A program made the position numbers and the translations under genes. From Asticcacaulis sp. UBA2476 (GTDB lineage Bacteria; Pseudomonadota; Alphaproteobacteria; Caulobacterales; Caulobacteraceae): a DNA stretch of 64,000 nt. Location: NCBI GenBank assembly GCA_002342035.1, contig DDPE01000075.1:12776-76775 (forward strand), given 5' to 3'. The stretch's first letter is position 1. Every line of letters starts with the position of its first letter. Under the pieces are notes generated by a model. The model saw nothing but the letters and a program-made list of their open reading frames with translations, ran no database searches and was not told where the DNA came from. Of this stretch, positions 17,619-27,798 are shown piece after piece.

Positions 17619-20501
17619 ATGGATATCAGGTTCTCACGCTCTGTGCGTGCGCGTACCCGCATGGCTCGCGCCAGCCTTCTCGGTGCTACTATTCTCGCCG
17701 GTATGGCCGGATCAGTATGGGCTCAGGACGCTGCCCCCGAAGCTGCAACTCCCGCCGCCAGCGAAGACGTCACCGAAGTGGTCGTGGTCGGCTATCGCGG
17801 TTCATTGCTGAACTCAGCTCGCGCCAAACAAAATGCCGTCAACTTCACCGACTCCATCTTTGCGCAGGACATGGGCAAGTTTCCGGATCTGAACCTGGCG
17901 GAATCCCTGCAACGTATTCCGGGCGTGCAGATTTCACGCAACGGCTATACCGGCGAAGGCACGCAGGTCAATGTGCGCGGTCTTGGCCCCAGCTTCACCA
18001 AGGTCGTCCTGAACGGCAACGGGGTGGCGGTGGCGTCTGACGGCGGTATCGATGGCGGATCATCCAATCGCGAAGTCGATCTTGACCTGTTTCCGTCCGA
18101 ACTGTTCACCCGCCTGACCGTCTCGAAATCCCCGCTGGCCAGCCAGCTTGAAGGCGGCATGTCTATCGTCGATATGCGCAATGCCCGCCCGTTCGATAAC
18201 AAGGGCCAGCACATCAGCGTCTCCGTGTCCGGCACCTATGGGCAGGCGTCCGAAGAATTTGCCCCGCGTGGCGCCATTACCTTCTCCAAGACCTGGGATA
18301 AGTGGGGCGTTCTGGTCGGCCTTGCCGGATCGAGCCAGCGCAACCGCTCTGACGGCTTTGACTCCGTCGGCTGGACCAATGCCAATCTGGCCTGCCCGAC
18401 CGGCAGCACCGATTGCAGCAACGCTCAGGGCAATAATTTCAGCTTCGCCACCGTGGTTCCGGCCAATGCCGGCAATGGTCTGACGCCGGGTGCGACCCTG
18501 GGTCTTACGGAGCTTTTGGCGCTCAACCCCGGTCTGACGGCCAATCAGTTGACCAATGCCATGATCCCGCGTCTGGGCCGTCTGAACTATATCGACGGCA
18601 AGCGTGACCGGATTACCCTGCTGACGGCGGTTGAATATCGTCCGTCCGATGATCTGCGCTTTGCGCTCGATATCATGGGTGCCAAGGCCAAGGGCGAATA
18701 TGACCGCTCCAGCTTCAACTGGTTCGTGCGTAACTCATCGACGGGGGCTACCGGCGGTATGGTGCCGCTAAACCTTGAGGTCGATGCCAACAATGTCGTG
18801 ACGTCGGGCACCTTTGCCAACTCGGCCATGTTTGTCGAAGCGCGCACCTTTGATGAAGACCTCGACTTCATCAATATCAACCCCAGCATGTCCTGGCAGA
18901 TCAACGAAAAGCTCCGCCTCGATGCGCAACTAAACTACACCCACAGCGTCTTCTTCCGTGAGGCCCCCAGCTTCCTGTTCAATACGCCGTTCAATTCAGG
19001 CCTGACGGTCAACTACACTAATGACGGCGATATCCCGACCATCACGCCCAGCGCCGATGTGGCCGATCCCAATCTGGGCTGGACCTGGAACCGCGTCAAT
19101 ATTCAGAATGTCAAGCGCAGCACCTATACGCAAGGCGCGCACGCTGATCTGACCTATGACTTTGATAATGGTGCGGTGCTGAAAACCGGCTATGCCTATG
19201 ATGAGGCTGATCGCCGGATTCAGGCCTATGACAACTCTGCCAACTATCAGACCTTTGCGTTTGCCGCAGTACCGCAGTCAGCCATTGCCGGGTATTTGGG
19301 CACGGGGCCTGCGTCCAATTTCACCCATATTCTGGACGGGACGCCGGGCTTTACCCTGCATGTGTTGCCCGACCTCGATAAGCTGAAAGCGGCGACCAAC
19401 TATGCCGCCTATAATGCGGCGGCTCCTGCTACCAACAGCTCGGCGCTGGGCACACCCTCGGGCCGCATTAACGACAGCACCCAAGGGCTCTACGGCGAAT
19501 ATGCCGCTACCTTCCCGATCGCGTCCTTTGATGTGAAGGTCAATTACGGCGTACGCTGGTTTGAAACCGATCAGACCGTGACAGGGCCGATCACCGTCAA
19601 TGGCGTGACCACCTTCCAGACGCTGGAAACCAGCTATGGCGGCGTCCTGCCATCCTTTAACGCCTCGACCAAGCTGACCGATAAGTTGCTGATGCGGGCG
19701 GCGGCCTCAAAGACCGTGACCCGCGCCAACCCGAACAGCCTCCTGCCGGGCGTCAGCTTCTCTGACCCGTCGGCGCAGACCGCTTCGTCGGGTAATCCGT
19801 CGCTTAAGCCGTACTATTCGGAAAACTATGATCTGGGCGCCGAATACTATACCGGCGGTCTGGGCTATGTCAGTGCGGCGATCTTTAAGAAGCACGTCAC
19901 CGGCTATACGCAGGTGCGTCAGACGACCCAGTTGTTCACTGATCTGGGCATTGATTTCGCCGGTCTGACGGCTCAGCAGCAGCAGGCCATTAATGATCGC
20001 GGCGGCCCGTCGGTGGCTCAGGTATTTGTCAATACGCCGGTGAATATCGACTCGATCAACCTGACCGGCATTGAACTGGGCTGGGTGCAACCGCTCGATT
20101 TCATCGTCGACGGTTTGGGTTTCAGCACCAACTACACCCATCTGGATGACGGCTTTGACGGAGCCAAGGCGCAGCTATCGCCGCAAACCGTCAACGCCAC
20201 CGGCTATTATGAAAATGATAAGCTGTCGTTCCGCCTCAGCTATGTCTGGTTCGATGAGCGTATCGTGGCCGGTGCCCCTCAGAACGGGCTGATGCTGCCG
20301 CTCAAAGCCACCGACCGCGGTCAGGTCGATATGGCCGCCAGCTATAATACCGCGTTCTGGGGCTCAGAGGGTCAGATCACCTTTGAAGCCACCAACATCA
20401 CCAATGAGCCGTTCCGCACCCTGTTCGGCTATGAAAATGCCGCCTACAGCCACTTCAACCCCGGCGCCATGTACCACATCGGCTGGAGCGGTAAGTTCTG
20501 A
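17619..20501 (+). CDS. TonB-dependent receptor (glycan/oligosaccharide type)
   Basis: Signal peptide, TEVVVVG TonB box, plug motif DMGKFPDLNLAESLQRIPGV, GNPSLKP, C-terminal Phe. Start taken at ATG 17619 (GGAG RBS). Confidence 0.95.
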   Translation: MDIRFSRSVRARTRMARASLLGATILAGMAGSVWAQDAAPEAATPAASEDVTEVVVVGYRGSLLNSARAKQNAVNFTDSIFAQDMGKFPDLNLAESLQRIPGVQISRNGYTGEGTQVNVRGLGPSFTKVVLNGNGVAVASDGGIDGGSSNREVDLDLFPSELFTRLTVSKSPLASQLEGGMSIVDMRNARPFDNKGQHISVSVSGTYGQASEEFAPRGAITFSKTWDKWGVLVGLAGSSQRNRSDGFDSVGWTNANLACPTGSTDCSNAQGNNFSFATVVPANAGNGLTPGATLGLTELLALNPGLTANQLTNAMIPRLGRLNYIDGKRDRITLLTAVEYRPSDDLRFALDIMGAKAKGEYDRSSFNWFVRNSSTGATGGMVPLNLEVDANNVVTSGTFANSAMFVEARTFDEDLDFININPSMSWQINEKLRLDAQLNYTHSVFFREAPSFLFNTPFNSGLTVNYTNDGDIPTITPSADVADPNLGWTWNRVNIQNVKRSTYTQGAHADLTYDFDNGAVLKTGYAYDEADRRIQAYDNSANYQTFAFAAVPQSAIAGYLGTGPASNFTHILDGTPGFTLHVLPDLDKLKAATNYAAYNAAAPATNSSALGTPSGRINDSTQGLYGEYAATFPIASFDVKVNYGVRWFETDQTVTGPITVNGVTTFQTLETSYGGVLPSFNASTKLTDKLLMRAAASKTVTRANPNSLLPGVSFSDPSAQTASSGNPSLKPYYSENYDLGAEYYTGGLGYVSAAIFKKHVTGYTQVRQTTQLFTDLGIDFAGLTAQQQQAINDRGGPSVAQVFVNTPVNIDSINLTGIELGWVQPLDFIVDGLGFSTNYTHLDDGFDGAKAQLSPQTVNATGYYENDKLSFRLSYVWFDERIVAGAPQNGLMLPLKATDRGQVDMAASYNTAFWGSEGQITFEATNITNEPFRTLFGYENAAYSHFNPGAMYHIGWSGKF

Positions 20502-20541
20502 TCCAAAGGTAAAAACCGTCCTTTCAAATGGTCCTTTCCTT

Positions 20542-20573
20542 GCGGCATGCCTTCGGGTGTGCCGCTTTTTTTT
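20542..20573 (+). terminator. Rho-independent terminator
   Basis: GCGGCATGCC-TTCG-GGTGTGCCGC followed by T8. Confidence 0.9.
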
Positions 20574-20685
20574 GCACCCTTTTTTGTATCACGAACTCAG
20601 TGCGTTAAGTCTTTCTAAAGCGGCGCAAATCAGGCATAGGTAGAGGACTTACGCGGCTCTGGGCCGTCCGGATACATGAACACAG

Positions 20686-21438
20686 ATGTCTGAACCGAAG
20701 AAACTTTACCGGCGCATTGCCGATTCCATCGCGGCCGATATTCAGTCCGGCCGCTACAAACCCGGTGACCGCCTGCCGCCGGAGCGGGATCTGGCCGTGC
20801 AGTACGGCGTCAGCCGCCCGACCTTGCGCGAAGCCATGATCGCGCTGGAAATCTTAGGCATGATCGAAGCCAAGCATGGCTTAGGGATCATTGTCACCAA
20901 GACCAAACCTGATCCGCTGCCGTTCTCGGATTCTGAGATCGGCGCATTTGAGCTGATCGAAGCCCGTCGTCTGCTGGAGGGTGAAGTGTGCGCCCTGGCC
21001 GCGACCCTGATCACCGATGAGCAGGTGACGGAGCTTGAGGGGCTGGTTAATCAGATGCACCATGCCGACCTTGAGCGGGCCGAGCGGGCTGATCGTGAAT
21101 TCCACGTCCTGATTGCCAAGATCAGCGGTAACGGGGCGATTGCCTCCTGTGTCGAAAACCTGTGGGACTGGCGCTACCGGTCACCGCTGGCGCGCAATAT
21201 TCTGGCGCGGGCGGCCAATCTGGGTATGGGGGCGCGGATTGATGAGCACGGCGATATTCTGGCCGCGCTCAAAAGCCGGTCAGGCAATGCCGCGCGTCAG
21301 GCCATGCATGACCATCTTGACCGGGTGATTGAGCATCTGTTGAACGCCACCGAAATCGTGGCGGTTGAACGCGTGCGTCAGGCCAATTCCGAACGCCGGC
21401 AGGCCATCGCCCGCCGCCTCAAAGGCGTGACGGATTAG
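20686..21438 (+). CDS. GntR/FadR-subfamily transcriptional regulator (ExuR/UxuR-like)
   Basis: wHTH GDRLPPERDLA...VSRPTLREA and FCD domain DREFHVLIA. Confidence 0.92.
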   Translation: MSEPKKLYRRIADSIAADIQSGRYKPGDRLPPERDLAVQYGVSRPTLREAMIALEILGMIEAKHGLGIIVTKTKPDPLPFSDSEIGAFELIEARRLLEGEVCALAATLITDEQVTELEGLVNQMHHADLERAERADREFHVLIAKISGNGAIASCVENLWDWRYRSPLARNILARAANLGMGARIDEHGDILAALKSRSGNAARQAMHDHLDRVIEHLLNATEIVAVERVRQANSERRQAIARRLKGVTD

Positions 21439-21441
21439 AGG

Positions 21442-22923
21442 TCAGGCCACTAAGGTTTCCATCTCGCTCTTGACCTTGGCCGAAGCGTCCGCGACCTGAG
21501 TAAAGGTCTCACTGATGGTGCTCAGGCTGTCGTTGATTTGACCCACGGCACCGACTGCCGTTTGCATATTGTGGCTGATTTCCCCAGTGGCGGCATTTTG
21601 CTGCTCGATCGCGCTGGCGACTGACGATACGTTTTCCAGCACACCCGTCATGGACTGAGTAATCAGCCCCAGGGCATCAACCACTTCGTTGGTGACGGCC
21701 TGCATGTTGGCGATTTCAGCAGCAATGGTTTGAGTCGAGCGCGCCGCCTGATTGGCCAGAGACTTGACTTCCGAGGCCACGACCGCAAAGCCTCTGCCCG
21801 CCTCACCGGCGCGGGCGGACTCGATGGTGGCATTGAGCGCCAGCAGATTGATCTGTCCGGCTATATCCTGAATGATGGAGACGACATTGTTCATGGCTGT
21901 GGCCGAGTTATTGAGTGTGCCAGCGGAACTGTTGGCGTGGGCGGTGTGATCGAACACCCCTTCGACGCTTGATTTGGCGCTGGTCATGGCATGGGAAATT
22001 TCGCGCACGCTCTGGCTCAGTTCTTCGGACGCGGCCGCCACCGAATTAATGATCGCCCCGGTCTCATGAGACGCATGGGACGCGCTGCCTGCCATAGAGT
22101 TGCAGATAAGTATCTGCTCAATGACCCCGCTCAGATTCTGGTTCAGGCTTTCATTACGCAGGCGTTTTCTGACCACATCGGAAATATCCGTGGCGAACTT
22201 GACGATCTTCACCACCGCGCCGGCATCATCGAAAATAGGATTATAGGCCGCCTGAATATAGACGTCCGAACCATCGCGTTTCAAACGCCTGAACTCACCC
22301 GCCTGAAACTCACCCTGCGCCAGATTTTGCCAGAAGGTTCGATAGTCTGCTGACTGTGTATAGGCCTGATCGCAGAACATGCGGTGATGCTGGCCCTCAA
22401 TATCCTTTAGGGTATAGCCCAGGGTTTTCAGGAAATTGTCATTGGCCGTCAATATAGTGCCATCGGTGGTAAATTCGATGACCGCCTGCACGCGACCGAT
22501 GGCCGCCATCTTGCCCTTGTAGTCCAGCTCTTTCAGCTTGGCGTCAGTGATGTCGGAGGCAAATTTTATAACCTTGACCACATTGCCGCGCTCATCGCGA
22601 ATAGGATTATAGGTCGCCTGCAGCCAGATGACGCGCCCGCCCTTGCCAAAGCGCTTATACTCATTTAAGGCAAACAGACCATTGCCCAGATCGCGCCAAA
22701 ACCTGCGGTAGTCTTCACTATCGACATAGGCCGAATCGCAGAACAAACTGTGGTGGCGCCCCTTAATCTCGCTGAGATCATATCCTACGGTTTGCAGGAA
22801 ATTGGTATTGGCGTCCAATATGTGCCCATCCGGTGTAAACTCAATCACAGCCTGTGAAGCATTTAACGCCGCAATTACCGCCTGATCTTCACGCACACTG
22901 GACTTGGTGAACCCTTTAAACAT
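21442..22923 (-). CDS. Soluble PAS-PAS methyl-accepting chemotaxis protein
   Basis: Two PAS repeats (IEF..DG.IL.AN..FL...GY...I.G.HH..FC), MCP signature [34 protein letters not shown], no TM helix. Confidence 0.95.
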   Translation of the reverse strand: MFKGFTKSSVREDQAVIAALNASQAVIEFTPDGHILDANTNFLQTVGYDLSEIKGRHHSLFCDSAYVDSEDYRRFWRDLGNGLFALNEYKRFGKGGRVIWLQATYNPIRDERGNVVKVIKFASDITDAKLKELDYKGKMAAIGRVQAVIEFTTDGTILTANDNFLKTLGYTLKDIEGQHHRMFCDQAYTQSADYRTFWQNLAQGEFQAGEFRRLKRDGSDVYIQAAYNPIFDDAGAVVKIVKFATDISDVVRKRLRNESLNQNLSGVIEQILICNSMAGSASHASHETGAIINSVAAASEELSQSVREISHAMTSAKSSVEGVFDHTAHANSSAGTLNNSATAMNNVVSIIQDIAGQINLLALNATIESARAGEAGRGFAVVASEVKSLANQAARSTQTIAAEIANMQAVTNEVVDALGLITQSMTGVLENVSSVASAIEQQNAATGEISHNMQTAVGAVGQINDSLSTISETFTQVADASAKVKSEMETLVA

Positions 22924-23009
22924 CAGACCCGACCCTTATATTGCAGCGCACAAACAATTTATGCGTGTAATGAAGGGTGCGGCCTAATTGTTTAATAAAG
23001 GGTTCACCA
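22905..23009. repeat. 14-bp perfect inverted repeat enclosing the MCP start codon and leader
   Basis: TGGTGAACCCTTTA (22905-22918) and TAAAGGGTTCACCA (22996-23009), 77-bp spacer. Confidence 0.75.
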
Positions 23010-23049
23010 TGATTCAGGGCCCGCAGGCTGTGGCAAAATAATTACGCTG

Positions 23050-23892
23050 TCAGTTATTGCCGCCGATCAGATCGCCCAATCCTCCGAGTACGGAGCCTTC
23101 GCCGCGCGATTGCCCGCCCCCGGCCGCCGCCGCCAGAATCCGGCCTGACAGACGCGAGAACGGCAAGGACTGAATCCAGACCTTACCCGGCCCGGTCAGT
23201 TGCGCAAAGAAAACCCCTTCGCCACCGAACAGCATCGATTTGACGCCACCGGCGGTGATCAGGTCAAAATCGATGGTATCGGTGAAGGCGGCGACGCAGC
23301 CGGTATCGACATGCAGTTGTTCCCCGGCTTTCAGTTCGCGCTCAATGACCATGCCCCCGAACTGCACGAAGACCCAGCCGTCGCCCTCCAGCTTTTGCAT
23401 GATGAAGCCTTCGCCACCAAACAGGCCGGTCATGATCTTGCGCTGGAAATGTATGCCAATCGATACGCCCTTAGCCGCGGCCAGAAACGAGTCCTTTTGG
23501 CAGATCAGACGCCCGCCATATTGATCCAGCTTCAGCGGCACGACCACGCCCGGCACCGGCGCGCCAAAGGCCACCCGCGCCTTACCTGCGCCATTATGGG
23601 TAAAGACGGTGGTGAACAGGCTCTCACCGGTCAGCAGGCGCTTTCCCGCCCCCAGAAGCTTACCCATAAAGCCGCCCGCTTGCGCCGAGCCATCGCCAAA
23701 TACCGTCGTCATGCCGACAGATGCATCTTTCCAGACCATAGCCCCGGCTTCGGCGACCGCACTTTCGCCGGGATCGAGTTCGATTTCAACAAACTGAAGC
23801 TCCTGACCTTTGATTTCGTACTCGATGTCATCAGAGACACCGGCTGCCTTATGGTGGGTGCGCTCGCCAAAGCCTGTGGGATAGTCGGTCAT
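23050..23892 (-). CDS. TIGR00266 / AIM24 family protein
   Basis: AEAGAM, GESLF, CQKDSFL, GLFGGEGF, GPGKVWIQSLP. Start moved to ATG 23892. Confidence 0.88.
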   Translation of the reverse strand: MTDYPTGFGERTHHKAAGVSDDIEYEIKGQELQFVEIELDPGESAVAEAGAMVWKDASVGMTTVFGDGSAQAGGFMGKLLGAGKRLLTGESLFTTVFTHNGAGKARVAFGAPVPGVVVPLKLDQYGGRLICQKDSFLAAAKGVSIGIHFQRKIMTGLFGGEGFIMQKLEGDGWVFVQFGGMVIERELKAGEQLHVDTGCVAAFTDTIDFDLITAGGVKSMLFGGEGVFFAQLTGPGKVWIQSLPFSRLSGRILAAAAGGGQSRGEGSVLGGLGDLIGGNN

Positions 23893-23963
23893 GTGGAAAA
23901 TCCTGTTGTGAGTTTGCCCGATGATTAGCACAGGGGCGCACCCGGCTTCACCTTAAATCAGAT

Positions 23964-25094
23964 TCATCTGACCGAATGGCGGGCTTTCCAGGCCGGATAC
24001 TCGACCTCGATCAGCCGCTGCGGCCAGTCGCCGTACCAGCTATAGCCTGACCGGCGCTCCGGGTGGATATCGGCATAGGTTTTGACCCGCACCCCATCGC
24101 GGTTGGCCAAAACGACCGAGTTGTCATTAAGGTCATAAAACCGCACCCACAGGGGCGGGGCTTTATCATCGGCCACCAGTTCGCGGTCAAAGGTGGCGGT
24201 GTGGTATTCGTACTTTACCGGCGGGTCGAGCGGGATGGTTTTTAAGGCATAGCCTTTGATTTCAGAACGCTTAAGCCAGTTCACTGCGCCCTCAATAGCG
24301 GCGATCTGTTGCGGGGTTGGGTGATCTATGCTCATCAGGTAATCGAGCATAGCCACGGTTTCCTGAGACACAATGGCGGGCAGTTCAAAAGTGCGGCCCT
24401 TCGACGGCATAAGGCTTACCGGATCATATTGTCCGGCCCAGCCGGTGAGTGCGCCATTTTGCCGGATCTGCAGCTTTAATACGCAGTCATCGCCGCGTTT
24501 CAATGCCGCTTCGGTCGTCTGACGGGTCTCTTCATCGATGGATGTAAAAGGCGTCTGTTTCAAACTTATTTTGCGCAACATTCTGAGGTTGCCGGAGGTG
24601 ACCTCATCGGCAATGGTCAGCTTATGATGATAGTCGGTCGAGGGCGGTAAGGTATGGGGCCAGCCGCCGCACACCGGCACTTGCTGCGACAGGGTAAACT
24701 CCAGCCCCTTCATGGCGGCGGCGCGATATGTCTCGCTTTTCGTCTGATCATAGACCGCCATCAGATATTCGATCTGGGCATAGATATTGCGATTATCAAA
24801 GCTTACGCGCGGATCGGATTTTTGCGCGGTGATGGCCGCGATTTCCTGCGCATTGAGCTTACGGGCCGGGTCCTGATTTTCGATCCAGCCGCCGTTGTGG
24901 CGTTGATACAATAGGATATTATCCGCGATTTCAACGATTTGGTCGTCGCTATAGCGAGCATAGTCTTTGCCGTGGCGGTTCTGCCAGTGATGAACGGCGT
25001 CTGAAAAACTGTCCAGCCGAACCGCCTCATAGCCATAGGCCGTGGGGGCTGTAAGCACCAACAATCCCAGATATATTGCGCCAAACCGTTTCAT
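23964..25094 (-). CDS. pelA: Pectate lyase, PL10 (PelA-like), secreted
   Basis: LLYQ..NGGW..N, SFDN, GGWP, W.GQYD, RTFELPAI, WVRFY, ERRSGYSWYG. ATG 25094 with GGAGG RBS. Confidence 0.85.
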   Translation of the reverse strand: MKRFGAIYLGLLVLTAPTAYGYEAVRLDSFSDAVHHWQNRHGKDYARYSDDQIVEIADNILLYQRHNGGWIENQDPARKLNAQEIAAITAQKSDPRVSFDNRNIYAQIEYLMAVYDQTKSETYRAAAMKGLEFTLSQQVPVCGGWPHTLPPSTDYHHKLTIADEVTSGNLRMLRKISLKQTPFTSIDEETRQTTEAALKRGDDCVLKLQIRQNGALTGWAGQYDPVSLMPSKGRTFELPAIVSQETVAMLDYLMSIDHPTPQQIAAIEGAVNWLKRSEIKGYALKTIPLDPPVKYEYHTATFDRELVADDKAPPLWVRFYDLNDNSVVLANRDGVRVKTYADIHPERRSGYSWYGDWPQRLIEVEYPAWKARHSVR

Positions 25095-25215
25095 GTGATC
25101 CTCCGTTTTTTGCGGTGATCGTGCCACCCCCACCGCAGAACACAAGTCACAAAATCAGTTGGCAGGGCTAAGATTTCACCCTATGGTCGCAGCGGGTTTG
25201 ATACGGGGCTTTTTC

Positions 25216-25971
25216 GTGAAATTTTCTATTGGTGCCACGCTGAATAAAGCGTTTGCTCTGTTGTCGCGCACAATAGGGCCGTTGCTGATTTCATCAGTTC
25301 TGATCTATCTGATCCCCTTTTTGCTCTACTATTATAGTGTGGAAAGTCCCGCTGGCTATGTCGACGAAGGCTTTGGATCATCGTCACAAAATCCTTTGGT
25401 GGGGTTGCCAAAAGTAGTCCTTGGTATCGTGATTAACACCGTATTTACGATTGTCGTCGTCGTGATCCTGTACCGTGCTCATAAGGGTGAGACGATAGCA
25501 ATTGCTGATCTGCGCAAGGCCATTGGCAACAAATTCCTTCAGGTTTTGGGCGCGTCCATAGCTGCCAATGTGCTGATCAGCCTGGCCACTCTGCTTCTGA
25601 TTATACCGGGCATAATCGTGGGACTGATGTTTTGCGTGGCCATCCCCACCTCTGTCATTGAAAACCGCGGCGTCGGCGGCAGCCTGACACGCTCACGCGA
25701 TCTGACCCGCGGCCACAGGTGGTCACTGCTGGGCTATTTCCCCATTATTCTGGTCTCTCTTCTTGCCGTTGCCGTGCTCTATTTTGCTGGGATTGACCTT
25801 ACAGAATGGAGCGACTGGCCTGACATTGAACCTTTCGTGCCCGTACTCTCCACGATGGGGGAAGTTATATTCTCAGTGCTGCTGTGCGTATTTACCGTCG
25901 CTGCCTATGCGATGTTGCGTGACCTGAAAGAAGGCCACCGTCCTGAAACCGTGGCCGAAGTCTTCGCCTAA
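25216..25971 (+). CDS. Integral membrane protein (paralog 1)
   Basis: ~6 TM helices; LLIIPG, RSRDLTRGHRW; GTG start at 25216 chosen by alignment with the paralog (MKFSIG vs MKFTIG). Confidence 0.75.
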   Translation: MKFSIGATLNKAFALLSRTIGPLLISSVLIYLIPFLLYYYSVESPAGYVDEGFGSSSQNPLVGLPKVVLGIVINTVFTIVVVVILYRAHKGETIAIADLRKAIGNKFLQVLGASIAANVLISLATLLLIIPGIIVGLMFCVAIPTSVIENRGVGGSLTRSRDLTRGHRWSLLGYFPIILVSLLAVAVLYFAGIDLTEWSDWPDIEPFVPVLSTMGEVIFSVLLCVFTVAAYAMLRDLKEGHRPETVAEVFA

Positions 25972-25997
25972 CTCATAAACTTAAAAGGGAGAGCCTT

Positions 25998-26747
25998 ATG
26001 AAATTTACGATTGGAAACACGCTCAACGAAGGCTTTGGCCTGTTGTCGCGCCACTTTAGCACGATCTTTATGGTCGGGCTGGTCACCTATGCCTTGCCGC
26101 TGGTGGCCGGGCTGGTCATTCTCGTTATGACCACCGGCTTTAATCTGGCGGGCAATCCCGATCCATCGACAATGGATAGCTCATGGTGGAGCGGCTTTGG
26201 CATTTATATGGTGATCGCCGTAGTCGCCAGTCTGGTCACCTTGTCGATGATCACGGAGATTGTCGTCAGGGACCGCTTTGAGTTCGGGGCGGCGTTTGGA
26301 CGGGCGCTTAAAAACATCATCCCGCTGATTATCATTACTCTGCTTTATACGCTGGCCATGATGCTGGGCATGATCCTGCTGATCGTGCCGGGGTTTATCG
26401 TCATGCTGATGTTTTATGTGGTCATGACCGCCTATATCGCCGAGCCGGGTCTTGGGATTGGTGGCGCGTTTAAGCGCAGCCGTGAGCTGACCAAGGGCCA
26501 CCGTTGGGGCATTTTGGCGATCCTGCTGATCGTTGGTATCTCGATCGGGATCTTAAGCGCCATTATCACTGTGCCTTTGGGCATGGTATCGGAAAGCTCA
26601 AACAGCCCCGTAGTCGTCGCCATATCAGGCCTCGTGAGCGCGTTCACGTCGATCATCAGTCTGGTGTTTGCGATTGCCGTTTACACCAGCCTGCGCCGCG
26701 CTAAGGAAACCCATACGCCGGATGCGGTCGCCAATGTCTTTTCGTAA
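25998..26747 (+). CDS. Integral membrane protein (paralog 2)
   Basis: ~6 TM helices; LLIVPG, RSRELTKGHRW, C-terminus PDAVANVFS similar to paralog 1 PETVAEVFA. Confidence 0.8.
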   Translation: MKFTIGNTLNEGFGLLSRHFSTIFMVGLVTYALPLVAGLVILVMTTGFNLAGNPDPSTMDSSWWSGFGIYMVIAVVASLVTLSMITEIVVRDRFEFGAAFGRALKNIIPLIIITLLYTLAMMLGMILLIVPGFIVMLMFYVVMTAYIAEPGLGIGGAFKRSRELTKGHRWGILAILLIVGISIGILSAIITVPLGMVSESSNSPVVVAISGLVSAFTSIISLVFAIAVYTSLRRAKETHTPDAVANVFS

Positions 26748-26768
26748 TTAAGCATTACTCTTGATAAT

Positions 26769-26799
26769 AAAAAGCCTCCGCAATCGCGGAGGCTTTTTT
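26769..26799. terminator. Bidirectional rho-independent terminator
   Basis: AAAAAGCCTCCGC-AATC-GCGGAGGCTTTTTT between convergent genes. Confidence 0.9.
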
Positions 26800-26800
26800 G

Positions 26801-26853
26801 TAGGAGCGTTTTCCCATCAAATGGACTCATTTGATGGATCAGGAAGAGCGACC
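26801..26853. repeat. CIR-like palindromic intergenic element with a GANTC site at the apex
   Basis: CCATCAAATG-GACT-CATTTGATGG (26814-26837) with an outer CGTTTTCC/GGAAGAGCG pairing. Confidence 0.55.
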
Positions 26854-26862
26854 AGCTAAAAA

Positions 26863-27798
26863 CTAGCGCACGTCGTCGTGCTTATCCTTGCGGCGTTTGC
26901 CGAGCAGCATCCGGCTTTCCAGATGGGCGCGTAAGGCCGCATAAAAGGCGCGCAGGAAGGCTTCATCGGTCGGGACATCATTGGTATTTTTAGGATCGTC
27001 CCAGCCGATGCGGGTCTTGATACGGGTCGCCACCGCCGCCATGGTCGCGGGCCTGCGTTCACGTAAGACTTCCTCCAGCACACCTAGTTCTTTTTCGCCG
27101 TAAGCCTCGATCTGGGCACGGGTAAAAATAATGCCGCTGCGTCGGTCAGCCTCGGTATCGGCCAGATCAATGCCCAGACTTTGGCGCGGCATGTGAACCA
27201 CGCGAGTGCCGCCCAGAAAATCGCCCAGGCGGGCCTGATCGCGGTTAAACAGAGGCAGCAGGGCCAGAACCAGCGTCCATAAAAACGCCGACAGTGCCAC
27301 CCAGCCGCCGCCTTGCATGGTCATGCCCATCAGGGTCAGCGGCAGATAAAACTCGACTTCACGCAGCATGTTGCGGGTGATGACCATGACCGGCGTCAGG
27401 TGCCCGCCGTCATGGGCGATGACCCTGATTTTCAGCACCCGCTTACCCGGTGTCGCGGCGCGCGGTCCCATCTCGAACGCCATGAAATAGCCGGTGCGCA
27501 CAAAGAACATGGCCATGAAAAACAGGATCATCAGAATGTCGCCCAACCCCTTGGCGCGCTTCCAATCGACCTGCTCAAACGGCAGAATAAAAAACAGCAG
27601 GATCAGCGCCACCGGGGCGGCAATAATGATCAGGTAATCAAGGATAAACGCCCCTAACCGCTCGGCAAAGGTGGCGGTAATGAACGGCAGGCGCACGCCT
27701 TCGGGGGTGGTGATATAGGTGACGCGGCGCTGATACTTGCCCTGAGCATCAAAGCTTAGGGTGTCATCCAATATGGGGGCGGGGTTAGGGGCGGCCAT
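26863..27798 (-). CDS. RDD family protein
   Basis: TPEGV, ERLGAFILD, TPGKR, RLGDFLGGTRVV. Confidence 0.9.
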   Translation of the reverse strand: MAAPNPAPILDDTLSFDAQGKYQRRVTYITTPEGVRLPFITATFAERLGAFILDYLIIIAAPVALILLFFILPFEQVDWKRAKGLGDILMILFFMAMFFVRTGYFMAFEMGPRAATPGKRVLKIRVIAHDGGHLTPVMVITRNMLREVEFYLPLTLMGMTMQGGGWVALSAFLWTLVLALLPLFNRDQARLGDFLGGTRVVHMPRQSLGIDLADTEADRRSGIIFTRAQIEAYGEKELGVLEEVLRERRPATMAAVATRIKTRIGWDDPKNTNDVPTDEAFLRAFYAALRAHLESRMLLGKRRKDKHDDVR

